DNA of 64,000 nucleotides from positions 64,001-128,000 of IMG/VR virus record IMGVR_UViG_3300025127_006147. One strand, given 5' to 3'. The notes under the pieces were generated by a model that ran no database searches, was not told the origin of the DNA, and worked only from the letters and a program-made list of their open reading frames with translations. The number at the start of each line of letters is the position of its first letter. Positions within the stretch are counted from its first letter, which is position 1. Both the position numbers and the translations under genes were made by a program. Source of the DNA: a virus. Shown piece after piece: positions 39,653 to 50,057 of the stretch.

Positions 39653-42600
39653 ATGGGGTTTTTAGGAAATCTAGATAAAATAAACACTCTTGAAATGTTC
39701 CTTACCGATAAGGGAAAGGAACTAATGCTAAAAGAAAATGGTTTAGGTCTTTACGATTTAATTTCCAGATTTAGTTTAGATGATGCTGATTATGATTATA
39801 GAAGGACAAGTAATGTTTGGGTAGACGGAATATCACCTGTTCCAGACGGAAGTTTACTTCCCTTTGGTACTACTCAGGGTCTTACTAATAATAGTGGTGG
39901 TCCAGTGTGGTTTGATGATTTAAGTGTTAATAACCCATGTAGGTCTTGTGATGGTACTGATTGTGCACCCTTATCAGGTGATTGTTGGTATGATATGCCA
40001 GATGTTAGAGGTGATAGGGGTACTAAAATAATTAGTTGTTTTTCAGAGACTGGTCAAACACAAGGAGTCAAAGCTTGTACTAATATATATGCATTTTACG
40101 ATGTCACTTCCGTATCAAGAACTGATGCAGACGCAGCTAAATCAGGTCTAGAATCTTGGTTTAGTACAGTAAGTTCAACTACAGCTAATTACGTAGGTAA
40201 ACTATTTCATATTGCCGTATTTGGTGAAAGATGGATAAATACAAGTTGGTATCCATGGAATGGAAAATTAGATGCTTGGGAATGGACACCGTGTGGCAAT
40301 GGTGAACCTGGTTCACCTTTAGGGTATGCTTGTGGTGGTAATAGTTCTACTTTCTTAGGACAAGTTTCTGGACCTTTTGACACTACTGGAGAATACCCTC
40401 TCTACCCAGACCCTATAACTGGTTTATATTTACAAGCAGATAATGGTACCAATTCCGGTGTCGGTACTGGGAATTGGAGTGGATTTAACGTATTACCTCC
40501 TAATGCTAGTGTTAGTAATTACGGTAATGGTACTGGTGGAATAGCAGAATTTTGGACTACTGGATGTACTTTAGTAAATGAACGTGCTAAGATGTATGAC
40601 TATAACCCTCAGTCTGTAGATGTTCTTTTTGATGTGGGTATGACAGCTTATACAAATGATGCTTCCGGTATAGTTTTTGCTACAACTGCTTTTACAGGTA
40701 CTCTTTTTAGTGGTTACACACCTAATGATTTTACTATAACTACTGGAGGAGGACTTCCTCCCGCTACTTCAAGTAATACCTTATTTGGTCAATTACCTAT
40801 AAATTTATGTGAGGATAATTGTTGTCCTGATAAAGATTATACGGGACCTGGACTCTTTGGGTGTCAAGAATGTAACCCATTTGATAACACAATTACTAGT
40901 GGAAGAATTTATAAATACTCTAATAAAGCACAAAAATGGACAAGTATAGTTACAGGTGCCACACCTTATACTGCAGGTACAACAGATTTAATTTTAACAC
41001 AAAGTACAGCTGATTGTGTTAAGTATCGAGGAATGGACCGTAATGTCTTGGTGGTTGATGTATTTGATGAAACCCAAGGTGGGGAAGACCAGGCTAATTC
41101 TAGTGCAAGAATGGCTGGTATATTACCTTTAGGAAGTAAACAATATTATAACGGTACAGATGGTAACGCGGCTAATTTAAACACTACTGTGTTGGGAGAC
41201 CTTGGCGGCGAAAATGCTGCCACTTGGGGTATAAATGATAATACTGGATATCATGGAAAAGGTACTACAGGTCAACCCCCAACCCTAACAGATAACTGGG
41301 GTATATACCTTCCAGGTAATCAAATTCAGGCGAGACAACAACAACCAACAGAAGATTGGAAATATTCTCAAGATTTATTTTTAAAGACACACGGATTATA
41401 TGAAAACTTTCAAGGATTTATCTACCCTGTAATACCTTTAACTTCAGGACCTACTGCTACTAGTTCTAAAATGGTTTTCCCACTTCACTTATACGGTGCT
41501 TTATATGGGGAAGTTGTACCAGTTGCTGAGTTTGAAGATAACCCTACCGTAGTAGCAATGGGTGGTACCTTATCTGCCTGTACTATTACTAATGATTACG
41601 ATGTGTTAATACCTGTTACTTATGACCCTAGTGGTGTAGTAGTAAGTACACAAAATACAGAGTACAATTGGGAACCTTTTAATTCAGCACAATTTACATC
41701 AGCTGAAGCCATAACTCCCCTATTCCCATATACAAAAGGAATGAGAAACTTTGGTTGGGATTTCAACCCAACAGTAGGTTGTTCATCACTACCTTGTAAT
41801 GTGGGTGATATATTTAGTGGAGGAACCTTCCAAAATGACCTAAACAGTTTCATTACTGGGTCAAGTTTCTTTATAACTACAATTTTAACTGCTTGTACTG
41901 AGTGCCAATGTTTACCAGCGGTTTTCATTAATAAAAAAGGTCCTATTGAAGTGGTTGATGATGGGTGTCCTTGTCCTGATGGTACCATTAGTCAAGCGTG
42001 TTGTGATGGTGGACCAGGTGGACCTGACCCAGACCCAGACCCAGATAATCCTATAACACAAGGGATATGTGGACCATTACCATCTTCCCCTACTCATGGT
42101 GGAGGAGCTTCCCAAATTATAGGACAATCAGGTGTAAGTACCTTACCACCTAAGGAACCAATAGATGATACCTATGTACCTAAATCATATACCAATTTTA
42201 GAAGTGGTATTGAAGATTCTAATACTGGTATTGGAGCAAATCTACCACCACTAAAAACAACTTCTACTTTCCATAACTATAGTTCTTTTTATACGGTAGA
42301 TTTTAACATTAACTTACAACAGTATTATGAAAAAGATAAATTAAAATGGGATGTAGAATTTGAGAGTACTTCACGATATGGAGACTATTTAATACAAGAA
42401 GGTGACGGGTCTAAATTTTATTGGATTGTAAGTTCAGGTTATAAAACATCTAAATTGAATCCAAAAGAAACAAAAGCATGTATTAGTCCAACGATAGCTA
42501 CAATTAACTTGAATAAAAGAAATACACAAGGGATTAATATAGCTTATTTAAGAGGTTATTGGAACGAATCTCAAATGGATAATTACACTAGTATTGACAC

Positions 42601-42751
42601 CACTTATGATGTAGTTGATGACGACCCAGTAAAGAAATATGAATTTTGTGTGACAATGGTTTACACGTATAGAAGTAAATTACTTAAAAAGACTAAAAGG
42701 TTTAGTGTTACTGGTAATCAGTATGGGTACAAATTAAATGTTAAGACATAA
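39653..42751 (+). CDS. tail-fibre-like protein sharing a module with the 3043-aa protein
   Basis: N-terminal LTDKGKELM...FSLDDADYDY; internal YAFYDVTS...GERW...FQGFIYPV...FPLHLYGAL; ATG 39653 preferred to TTG 39650. Confidence 0.6.
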   Translation: MGFLGNLDKINTLEMFLTDKGKELMLKENGLGLYDLISRFSLDDADYDYRRTSNVWVDGISPVPDGSLLPFGTTQGLTNNSGGPVWFDDLSVNNPCRSCDGTDCAPLSGDCWYDMPDVRGDRGTKIISCFSETGQTQGVKACTNIYAFYDVTSVSRTDADAAKSGLESWFSTVSSTTANYVGKLFHIAVFGERWINTSWYPWNGKLDAWEWTPCGNGEPGSPLGYACGGNSSTFLGQVSGPFDTTGEYPLYPDPITGLYLQADNGTNSGVGTGNWSGFNVLPPNASVSNYGNGTGGIAEFWTTGCTLVNERAKMYDYNPQSVDVLFDVGMTAYTNDASGIVFATTAFTGTLFSGYTPNDFTITTGGGLPPATSSNTLFGQLPINLCEDNCCPDKDYTGPGLFGCQECNPFDNTITSGRIYKYSNKAQKWTSIVTGATPYTAGTTDLILTQSTADCVKYRGMDRNVLVVDVFDETQGGEDQANSSARMAGILPLGSKQYYNGTDGNAANLNTTVLGDLGGENAATWGINDNTGYHGKGTTGQPPTLTDNWGIYLPGNQIQARQQQPTEDWKYSQDLFLKTHGLYENFQGFIYPVIPLTSGPTATSSKMVFPLHLYGALYGEVVPVAEFEDNPTVVAMGGTLSACTITNDYDVLIPVTYDPSGVVVSTQNTEYNWEPFNSAQFTSAEAITPLFPYTKGMRNFGWDFNPTVGCSSLPCNVGDIFSGGTFQNDLNSFITGSSFFITTILTACTECQCLPAVFINKKGPIEVVDDGCPCPDGTISQACCDGGPGGPDPDPDPDNPITQGICGPLPSSPTHGGGASQIIGQSGVSTLPPKEPIDDTYVPKSYTNFRSGIEDSNTGIGANLPPLKTTSTFHNYSSFYTVDFNINLQQYYEKDKLKWDVEFESTSRYGDYLIQEGDGSKFYWIVSSGYKTSKLNPKETKACISPTIATINLNKRNTQGINIAYLRGYWNESQMDNYTSIDTTYDVVDDDPVKKYEFCVTMVYTYRSKLLKKTKRFSVTGNQYGYKLNVKT

Positions 42752-42806
42752 TGGTTTACATTCAAGAAATAAAAATTAAGATAATTATATAATAAGAAAC
42801 AATAAA

Positions 42807-44480
42807 ATGGGATATATAACAAGTGCAACTACAGAGTATTTAGACCTCCATATGACGGAAAGAGGTAGAAAATTTCTTTTACAAGGAAGTTTAGCTGACC
42901 AAATAGTTAAATTTGCTTTAGGAGATACTGATAAAGACTACCGTAATTCCTTAAATTTATCATCTGGTTTTGTTCCAGATGTTACTGGTAATCATAATAA
43001 CTGTATTTTTGGTGTGAATGATGGTTATGATATTAGAAATAAAATAACTTATGTTGAAGGTGGCACCTCATTAAGTAACCAACAAATGTTATCTAAAATG
43101 ATGATTAGTTACACTGACCCAGATACTAACACACCTGTTTGGGGTAGTAGAGTTACGACCAATTTATATATACATGATTTATTAACGGCTTTTAGAGTCG
43201 CTGCTTTTTCCGAAATAGGTAGTCATTCATGGACAAATTTAACCAAAACAGATTTTACTGGTTATTTTGACACAATATATCAACCATCAGGTAAAGCCTG
43301 GTCTTTAAATATTGGTGGACTTTTTGACGCTATGGAAAATAAAGGGAGAGGTGTGGGATTAAAAATATCTGACAAATTTTTTACACAAGAAAAAAATTCA
43401 TACAACCCTTCTAATAACCAAATAAAATTAGTTGGTGAAACTGCAAGATTATTCCCTATATTTTTTGGTGGAGCTTATGTAACTTCAGAAAATCAAGAGG
43501 TAACTGAAAAAGGAGCGCAAAGAGGATTAAGAAGAAAAGCCACTACCATTTCATCTCCTTTTGCTTTAACTAATAATACTTTTAAAAATATTAAAAACCA
43601 AGCATTCGTAGGTTCAGGTGAAATGACATTAAGTTTAGGGTCTTACATGGATTATGGATATATGTTTGGACAACTTGTAGAAAATGTAAATAATTACCCG
43701 TCTTATGGTTTCTATAATGAGATAGGTGGTATGTATAATATATTTGATGTTCACAATCCTAGTTTTAATAGTAGGTTTGAACAAGGTAAAGGTGAGAGTT
43801 TAAAAACTTTAGTCCCTATGGGTAGAGCAATTTTACCATTTAATCCTACAAGTAACGCTTATTTCCCTTTACAAACCAATCAAATTAATAGTAATAATAC
43901 AACAAACTTTAAATCAGAGTCTGGAACAGCGGTAGGTAGAAATTTATCAGATAGTACTGCACCACTTAATACTTTAAGTAAGTTTTTATCTGGTACAGCT
44001 CTTTACACTATAAAGGACGAAGCGAGAACGTATGATAAAGTTTTTGTACCTAACACACCGTCTGGAAAATTAAGAGAACCTAAAACTGGTTTATCATTAT
44101 TAGTTGAACATATGATAAATTTCTTTGATGCTTTAACTGTTGACCCAGCTACAACTAATTTTATCACGACTACAGGAACTGGTTTAGAAAAAGAATATAA
44201 TTTACCTTTTACTTTTGAAATATGTAATAATGACAATTCACAAGTTTCCTCAGCAGTTCTAACTGTAAATGTTAACTTTAGTTTAAAAGCTTTATTTGAA
44301 AACTTTACATACTTAGAAGCTACAGCTGATTCACCTTTCCAAATATTAGTATGGGATGATAGTAAAAAAGAAAATAAATTCTTTGGAGCAGGTGCAGCAG
44401 CAGGAGATTATACCATAAACCCACTAGCGTCTACTACTCCAGGTGGTTACGCTATATTTAATAGTAGTTCAATAACATAA
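42807..44480 (+). CDS. tail-fibre-like structural protein
   Basis: N-terminal MTERGRKFL...KFALGDTDKDY, paralogous to the 37175 and 39653 N-termini. Confidence 0.55.
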   Translation: MGYITSATTEYLDLHMTERGRKFLLQGSLADQIVKFALGDTDKDYRNSLNLSSGFVPDVTGNHNNCIFGVNDGYDIRNKITYVEGGTSLSNQQMLSKMMISYTDPDTNTPVWGSRVTTNLYIHDLLTAFRVAAFSEIGSHSWTNLTKTDFTGYFDTIYQPSGKAWSLNIGGLFDAMENKGRGVGLKISDKFFTQEKNSYNPSNNQIKLVGETARLFPIFFGGAYVTSENQEVTEKGAQRGLRRKATTISSPFALTNNTFKNIKNQAFVGSGEMTLSLGSYMDYGYMFGQLVENVNNYPSYGFYNEIGGMYNIFDVHNPSFNSRFEQGKGESLKTLVPMGRAILPFNPTSNAYFPLQTNQINSNNTTNFKSESGTAVGRNLSDSTAPLNTLSKFLSGTALYTIKDEARTYDKVFVPNTPSGKLREPKTGLSLLVEHMINFFDALTVDPATTNFITTTGTGLEKEYNLPFTFEICNNDNSQVSSAVLTVNVNFSLKALFENFTYLEATADSPFQILVWDDSKKENKFFGAGAAAGDYTINPLASTTPGGYAIFNSSSIT

Positions 44481-44481
44481 A

Positions 44482-44976
44482 ATGGCAACAACTAAAACAA
44501 TAATAGATACTTTTATAAGTCAGTTTGGTAGTACACCAAACGGAGTTACTCCAGTACGGTACGGTGCAGGAACTAGTTATTCAGATAACTCTAACAGTAT
44601 AGATGGTAGAGTTTCGGGTAATAATAATAACACTACTGGTGAAGTAGAAGGTTCTAATTATGTTAGAACTTTATTTATATCAGTGGAAAACCAAACAGGA
44701 GATGAGGTAAATGGTGGTGTTAACTTAATTGCTTACACCCCCGCAGTAAAATATCAAAGTAACATTAACGGGATAACTGACCCTAGGTTATGTCTTAAAC
44801 TAGATTTTGAAGGAGCACAGTTTTTAACTTTGTCAAAAGATGGACAAACCTTAACACCATTAAGAAGAGGGGCAGCAGCCAATCAAACACCAACAGCTAG
44901 GTCTACTAGTAGTGGAACAATGAGTAGTGGGATGTCAGGTGGTGGTTCCGGTGGAAGTTCTGGAGGTGGGTATTAA
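44482..44976 (+). CDS. putative structural protein with Gly/Ser-rich tail
   Basis: 164 aa ending SSGMSGGGSGGSSGGGY; operon context. Confidence 0.55.
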   Translation: MATTKTIIDTFISQFGSTPNGVTPVRYGAGTSYSDNSNSIDGRVSGNNNNTTGEVEGSNYVRTLFISVENQTGDEVNGGVNLIAYTPAVKYQSNINGITDPRLCLKLDFEGAQFLTLSKDGQTLTPLRRGAAANQTPTARSTSSGTMSSGMSGGGSGGSSGGGY

Positions 44977-45003
44977 TATAAAATTATAAAAAAATAGATA
45001 AAA

Positions 45004-46098
45004 ATGGATTTTAAACCAGTATCAAGTAAAACAGTAGACAGTGAAATAGTACCATTTGGTACCTTGAATCCAAACTTTAATGGATATAATGAAGTATTGG
45101 GTAATAACTTAAAAATGACAGTAGCTCAGAGAAATCCTAATAATGGAAGACCTTTCTCTAATTTATACTCTTCATTTAATTTACCCGCAGCTAACTTTGT
45201 TGTTAATTCTTGGGACATAGAATGGAACTCTAACGCTTTGGAAAATATTGAGAATGATAATAATGTCGTAGTTATAGAAATACCTAAAAATACTTATGGT
45301 GAATTAATAGATGGTCGTACTATTAAATTAACATTACCATATATTACTGGTGGTACATTTGATTGTTATAGTTCATATTACCTATCTTACAACGCATCTA
45401 GTGACCCTAGTCAAGAAGCCGAGTATTTTGGACATACTTCCGCGTTAAATTTAGGTTATGCCAATCCAGATGTAGAAACACCTAGCACTAACGTAGCATT
45501 TTTATTCTCTGATAAATTTCGTGCACCAGCAGGAGGAGGAAGTTGGTCAGACGGTTATACTACATCATCCCCACCAGCAGGATATCCAGACGCAACTACG
45601 TTTTTTAGTTTTAGTCAAGATAAAAAGGTAGCTTTAAGTTCGTCAGGTGCTACGACGGGGTTAGACCAACCTATAGGGATATGTTATTTGGATAAAGGAT
45701 TTATAGTACTTACAGACTCAGCAGCTACTCAAAGTATTAACTGGTCTGCATCAACTGCGGGTACAGGTTACACGTACAGTGCATTAACCCAAGTTAGTTT
45801 TTCAACAGATTCTTCTGTTACTTTTTATAGTTTTGAAAAACAATGGGTTTTGAATGTATTGTGTGAAGCGGGACCTCAAGAATTCGGCGTTACAAAGAAT
45901 CCTACAGCTGCGGATTTAAATCCTACTGTTAATGCGGATGGTGAGTATGAATTATTTTCTGTTAACAAACCTGTTTACATTAGTGAAGTTGGGTTGTATG
46001 ATACTAATGGGGATATGTTAGCGATAGCTAAACCCGATAAACCAGTAGAAAAGTATTATAATAACCCAACCTACTTTAATTTGAAATTTAGATTTTAA
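45004..46098 (+). CDS. tail/baseplate protein with C-terminal ISEVGLYD motif
   Basis: VYISEVGLYDTNGDMLAIAKPDKP, paralogous to the C-terminus of 37175-39640. Confidence 0.6.
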   Translation: MDFKPVSSKTVDSEIVPFGTLNPNFNGYNEVLGNNLKMTVAQRNPNNGRPFSNLYSSFNLPAANFVVNSWDIEWNSNALENIENDNNVVVIEIPKNTYGELIDGRTIKLTLPYITGGTFDCYSSYYLSYNASSDPSQEAEYFGHTSALNLGYANPDVETPSTNVAFLFSDKFRAPAGGGSWSDGYTTSSPPAGYPDATTFFSFSQDKKVALSSSGATTGLDQPIGICYLDKGFIVLTDSAATQSINWSASTAGTGYTYSALTQVSFSTDSSVTFYSFEKQWVLNVLCEAGPQEFGVTKNPTAADLNPTVNADGEYELFSVNKPVYISEVGLYDTNGDMLAIAKPDKPVEKYYNNPTYFNLKFRF

Positions 46099-46692
46099 AT
46101 GGCATTAAAGAAAGAACCTAAAATTTTAGGATTAGATATCTCAACCAAGACAATAGGTTGGGCATTATTCGGAATTAATTCTAAAAATTTATTAGAGTTA
46201 ACTCATTTTTCACCTAGAGTTAGTCCTAGACCAGAAGATAAGATAGAAGAATTATTAAAAAAATCTGTAGCTTTTGAAGAAAGATTAAAGGAAGTTAAAG
46301 ATTATAATATTATTAAAGTAGTAATAGAAGAACCTCTACTTACGTCTAATAACATTTATACTGTAGGCTCACTCCTCAGATATAACTCTATGATAGTTAA
46401 AACAGTATATGATGTACTAGGTATTGTTCCCAATTTTATCTCCACATACAATTCTAGAAAATTTGCTCACCCAACGTTATACAATTATAATGATAAAGGT
46501 AAAAAGGTTTTATTCGGTGGTTACCCAAAAGGATGTGATAAAAAACACATTGTATGGGACCTAGTTAAAAAAGCTGAACCACAAATCACATGGCCTCATG
46601 CAAGAACAGGTAATCTCAAAAAAGAGTGTTATGATATGTCCGATGCGTATACTTGTGTTAAAGGATATATGACTCAAAACGAAATCTGGTAA
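46099..46692 (+). CDS. ruvC: RuvC-like Holliday junction resolvase
   Basis: ILGLDISTKTIGW, VVIEEP, YDMSDAY acidic residues. Confidence 0.75.
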   Translation: MALKKEPKILGLDISTKTIGWALFGINSKNLLELTHFSPRVSPRPEDKIEELLKKSVAFEERLKEVKDYNIIKVVIEEPLLTSNNIYTVGSLLRYNSMIVKTVYDVLGIVPNFISTYNSRKFAHPTLYNYNDKGKKVLFGGYPKGCDKKHIVWDLVKKAEPQITWPHARTGNLKKECYDMSDAYTCVKGYMTQNEIW

Positions 46693-46720
46693 TTGACATT
46701 TCATTTGTAAATGTTATATT
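46693..46720 (+). promoter_or_regulatory. sigma70-type promoter upstream of primase
   Basis: TTGACA, 16-nt spacer, TG-n-TATATT; contains the inverted repeat ACATTT/AAATGT. Confidence 0.55.
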
Positions 46721-46726
46721 TAACAG

Positions 46727-47650
46727 ATGGAAGATTATAATCTCATATTAGAAATTTTAGAAGATATTTTAGGTGATTCTCATAGACATCATCCTGGAAA
46801 AGGACAAATCGCATTTGATTGTCCAGTCTGTTCCTATGATATAAAAGGATTAGATTGTGGGGACGGTAAAGGGAATCTGGAAGTAAATTATCAAATGGGA
46901 GTATATAAATGTTGGTCATGTGCTGAAACTCATTATACAAAAGGCAGATTAGGTAAATTAATTAAAAAATGGGGGACCCCTACACACCTAAGAGATTTTG
47001 AATTACTAAGTCCAGAAGATTTTCACTATAAAAACACCAAGTATAATAGTAGGTTAAAATTACCTGTAGGTTACTCCCAACTCACCGAAGTATCTCCACA
47101 TGATTTAAATGCTAAACAAGTTTGGAACTATCTGCGAAAAAGAAACATTAGTAAAGAAATTGTTGAAAAATATAAAATTGGATTTACTACAGAAGGAGAG
47201 TATAAATTTAGAATAATAGTACCCTCTTATAACACTAAAGACGAACTTCAGTTTTTTATAGCTAGAAGTTATGTTAATAGTAAATTAAAATATAAGAATC
47301 CTGAACAAGAAAAAAGTAACTTAATATTTAACGAAGGACATATTGATTGGAATAAAGACATTTATTTAGTAGAAGGTGTATTTGATATGTTTTTTGTTGA
47401 AAACAGTATACCTTTATTAGGTAAGGTAGTTTCAGACAATTTATGGCAAAGATTATATGAGGAGTCTAAAGCGAATATTATAATTTGTTTAGATGGTGAC
47501 GCATGGGACGATGCAGTAAGACTTTATGAAAAAATAAATGGAGGAAAACTAAGAGGTAGGATAAAGATAGTTAAACTACCAGATAATAGGGATATCGCTG
47601 ATTTAAAAGGTGAGATTGACCCTGAAAATATATTAGAATTACATAAATAA
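46727..47650 (+). CDS. dnaG: DNA primase (Zn finger + TOPRIM)
   Basis: FDCPVC...YKCWSC, YLRKRNI, RIIVP, KYKNP, LVEGVFD, ICLDGDA, DIAD. Confidence 0.9.
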   Translation: MEDYNLILEILEDILGDSHRHHPGKGQIAFDCPVCSYDIKGLDCGDGKGNLEVNYQMGVYKCWSCAETHYTKGRLGKLIKKWGTPTHLRDFELLSPEDFHYKNTKYNSRLKLPVGYSQLTEVSPHDLNAKQVWNYLRKRNISKEIVEKYKIGFTTEGEYKFRIIVPSYNTKDELQFFIARSYVNSKLKYKNPEQEKSNLIFNEGHIDWNKDIYLVEGVFDMFFVENSIPLLGKVVSDNLWQRLYEESKANIIICLDGDAWDDAVRLYEKINGGKLRGRIKIVKLPDNRDIADLKGEIDPENILELHK

Positions 47651-48426
47651 TGGATATAAGTGTAGAATTAAGTGTTTTCAATAACATAAAATATTTTGAC
47701 AAACCTCACAAATATTATATAGATGGTGAGGAGATGAATTCCGTTACACGAGTAATAGGAATGTTCAAACAAAAGTTTGATAGTGATTACTGGTCTGAAA
47801 AAAAGGCAAAAGAAAGAGGAATAAGTAAAGATGAAGTATTAGCTGAATGGAAATATAAAGCAGATTACTCTTGTGAAAAAGGTACTTTGTTTCATGAGTA
47901 CGCAGAAAATTATTTAAATAACAAAGTATTTCCATATGATAATACCCGCATTAAAAAATTATTGGGTGAGGGTGAGGAAGACGTTAAAAAAGATTTTGAT
48001 AAAATCAAAGATATGTTCCATAAGTTTTATGATGATTGTTATGGGAAACTTATACCCATTAAATCAGAGGTTATTGTAGGAGATGAAGGATTTAAAATAT
48101 GTGGAATGGTTGACCAGTTATTTTGGAATAATAAAGCGGATGAATTACAGATTTGGGATTGGAAAACTAATAAAGAGATTAAAAGAAATAATAGGTGGCA
48201 ACAATTTAAAGACCCAATATCACATTTAGATGTTTGTGAATTCAACACATACTCATTACAATTATCTTTATATAAATATTTGATAGAAAAAAATACTAAC
48301 TTAAAACTAGGGGATTCATATATTGTATGGTTTAATGAAAAGAATGAAACATACGAACCTATTAAGTGTAGAGATTATAGAGAAGAAGTTGTATCATTAA
48401 TAGAAGAATTTAATAAAACATTATGA
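47650..48426 (+). CDS. PD-(D/E)XK exonuclease
   Basis: SVTRVIG, KGTLFHEYAE, GMVDQL, IWDWKT, YSLQLSLY. Confidence 0.85.
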   Translation: MDISVELSVFNNIKYFDKPHKYYIDGEEMNSVTRVIGMFKQKFDSDYWSEKKAKERGISKDEVLAEWKYKADYSCEKGTLFHEYAENYLNNKVFPYDNTRIKKLLGEGEEDVKKDFDKIKDMFHKFYDDCYGKLIPIKSEVIVGDEGFKICGMVDQLFWNNKADELQIWDWKTNKEIKRNNRWQQFKDPISHLDVCEFNTYSLQLSLYKYLIEKNTNLKLGDSYIVWFNEKNETYEPIKCRDYREEVVSLIEEFNKTL

Positions 48427-49205
48427 TTGAAAAAATAATACATTTTTCTGACCTACATATAAAACTATATAAAGACCACCAACAATATCAAGAAATACTC
48501 TCTAGATGTTTTAAAGAGTGGGCGGAGTTAAAACCAGATAGAATAGTTTTTACAGGTGACCTAGTACACTCTAAAAATCAAATGACACCAGAATTAATTA
48601 ATATGGTAACGTGGGTACTTTCTCAATGTAGTGTAATATGTCCCACAATAATTTTAATCGGTAATCATGATTTTCTTGAAAATAATTTAGATAGGGTAGA
48701 CGCTATTTCACCTATTATCAATACTATGGATAATCCAGATATCATGTATTTTAAGACTCCAGGGGTAGAAGAAGATGAAAATATAAATTGGATTATATAC
48801 TCCCTTATGGACCACAACAAAAGACCAGATTTTACTCCAGAACCAGATAAAACAAATATAGGTTTATTTCATGGACCCATACAAGGGTTAGTTACAGATA
48901 TGGGATTTGCTTTTGATGATGGTTACAACACTAATGAGTTTAGAGGGTGTGACTTAGTATTAGCTGGAGACATACATAAACATCAAATACTGGACATACC
49001 TAATGGTAAAAAAGCATATATGGTGGGGTCCTTAATCCAACAAAATTTTGGTGAAAATGTACGTAAACATGGTTACGGGATTTATAATGTCAAAGAAGAC
49101 GAGTACAAATTTGTTGAAGTAAGTAATTCATCACCATATTTAAATTTTAAAATAAAAGATATAACTGATATTGAAAATGGAAAAGAAAAACTCACCAACT
49201 TCTAG
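48423..49205 (+). CDS. sbcD: SbcD/Mre11/T4 gp47-like nuclease subunit
   Basis: HFSDLH, FTGDLVH, IGNHD, FHG, AGDIH, GSLIQQNFGE. Confidence 0.9.
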   Translation: MIEKIIHFSDLHIKLYKDHQQYQEILSRCFKEWAELKPDRIVFTGDLVHSKNQMTPELINMVTWVLSQCSVICPTIILIGNHDFLENNLDRVDAISPIINTMDNPDIMYFKTPGVEEDENINWIIYSLMDHNKRPDFTPEPDKTNIGLFHGPIQGLVTDMGFAFDDGYNTNEFRGCDLVLAGDIHKHQILDIPNGKKAYMVGSLIQQNFGENVRKHGYGIYNVKEDEYKFVEVSNSSPYLNFKIKDITDIENGKEKLTNF

Positions 49206-49731
49206 TATTCCAAAAGACTTATTAAAAGAAATAGAAATGTTTTGTGACTTAAACAAAATAGATAACCCTAATCAGTTTTTACTTGGGTGTTTAAAAGGAG
49301 GTTTTGCGATTGAAAAATTTGGAAGGACACCCATAAAAGCAGGTAAAGAAATTGTAGAAAAAGAAGTAGAAAAAGAAGTTATTAAAGAGGTCGAAAAAAT
49401 AGTAGAAGTAGAGAAAGAAGTAATTAAAGAAGTACCAGTAGAAGTGGAAAAAATAGTAACTAAAACTGAATACATTACTGACGATACTGAAATTAATAAT
49501 CTTCTTACTAAGATAAATAAATTAGAAGAGGAATTAAAAGTAAAACCCAAGGAGGTTACAATAAAAGTAGAAGACAAAACGCAGATAAACACTTTACAAA
49601 ACGAAATAAAAACCTTAAAAAATAAAGTAGAAGAATACGAGGATGTATTAAATCATTTTAGACGATTTAGTGGTAGTAAAGCCACACATCTCAAATCTTC
49701 TAGATTAGACGATAACTTATATAAAGATTAA
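49177..49731 (+). CDS. hypothetical coiled-coil protein with VEKEV repeats
   Basis: EKEVEKEVIKEVEKIVEVEKEVIKEVPVEVEKIV; ATG 49177 preferred to TTG 49171. Confidence 0.65.
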   Translation: MEKKNSPTSSIPKDLLKEIEMFCDLNKIDNPNQFLLGCLKGGFAIEKFGRTPIKAGKEIVEKEVEKEVIKEVEKIVEVEKEVIKEVPVEVEKIVTKTEYITDDTEINNLLTKINKLEEELKVKPKEVTIKVEDKTQINTLQNEIKTLKNKVEEYEDVLNHFRRFSGSKATHLKSSRLDDNLYKD

Positions 49732-49735
49732 AAAA

Positions 49736-50053
49736 ATGGAATTATTAATTTGGCTATTAGCAGCTTACGGCATGTCCCAGATATTAGTATATGGGAGTAT
49801 TTTTGACACACCAAGAGAGTGGATAACTAAAAAATCTAAATTCTTTGGGGACTTACTAGGATGTATGATGTGTACCTCTACTTGGGTAGGGTTCTTTTTC
49901 TCCTTAGTACTTTGGTCACCTACACTACAGTTTGATTTATGTGTACCTTACACTAACATATTCTTTGATGGTATGTTGGCTAGTGGAGGTGTGTGGGCAA
50001 TCAATGCTATAGTAGAGTGGTTTGAACAAAATCGTCCAGAAAAAGAAGACTAG
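49736..50053 (+). CDS. small membrane protein (DUF1360-like, CxxC)
   Basis: Two or three hydrophobic helices, LLGCMMCTSTWVG. Confidence 0.55.
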   Translation: MELLIWLLAAYGMSQILVYGSIFDTPREWITKKSKFFGDLLGCMMCTSTWVGFFFSLVLWSPTLQFDLCVPYTNIFFDGMLASGGVWAINAIVEWFEQNRPEKED

Positions 50054-50057
50054 TATT

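Noticed and set aside
42021-42050. GACCCA hexamer repeat (PDPDPDPD)
   Set aside because: Ordinary Pro/Asp linker inside a coding region; no spacer structure.
24163-42751. Diversity-generating retroelement acting on tail proteins
   Set aside because: No reverse transcriptase in the window; the duplicated module differs at all base types and has large indels, unlike an adenine-specific TR/VR pair.
46099-48426. RuvC motif (GLDISTKTIGW) and Cas4-like PD-(D/E)XK nuclease as a possible CRISPR-Cas or TnpB system
   Set aside because: Both are short stand-alone proteins flanking primase and sbcD; no repeat-spacer array, HNH, bridge helix or transposon ends seen.
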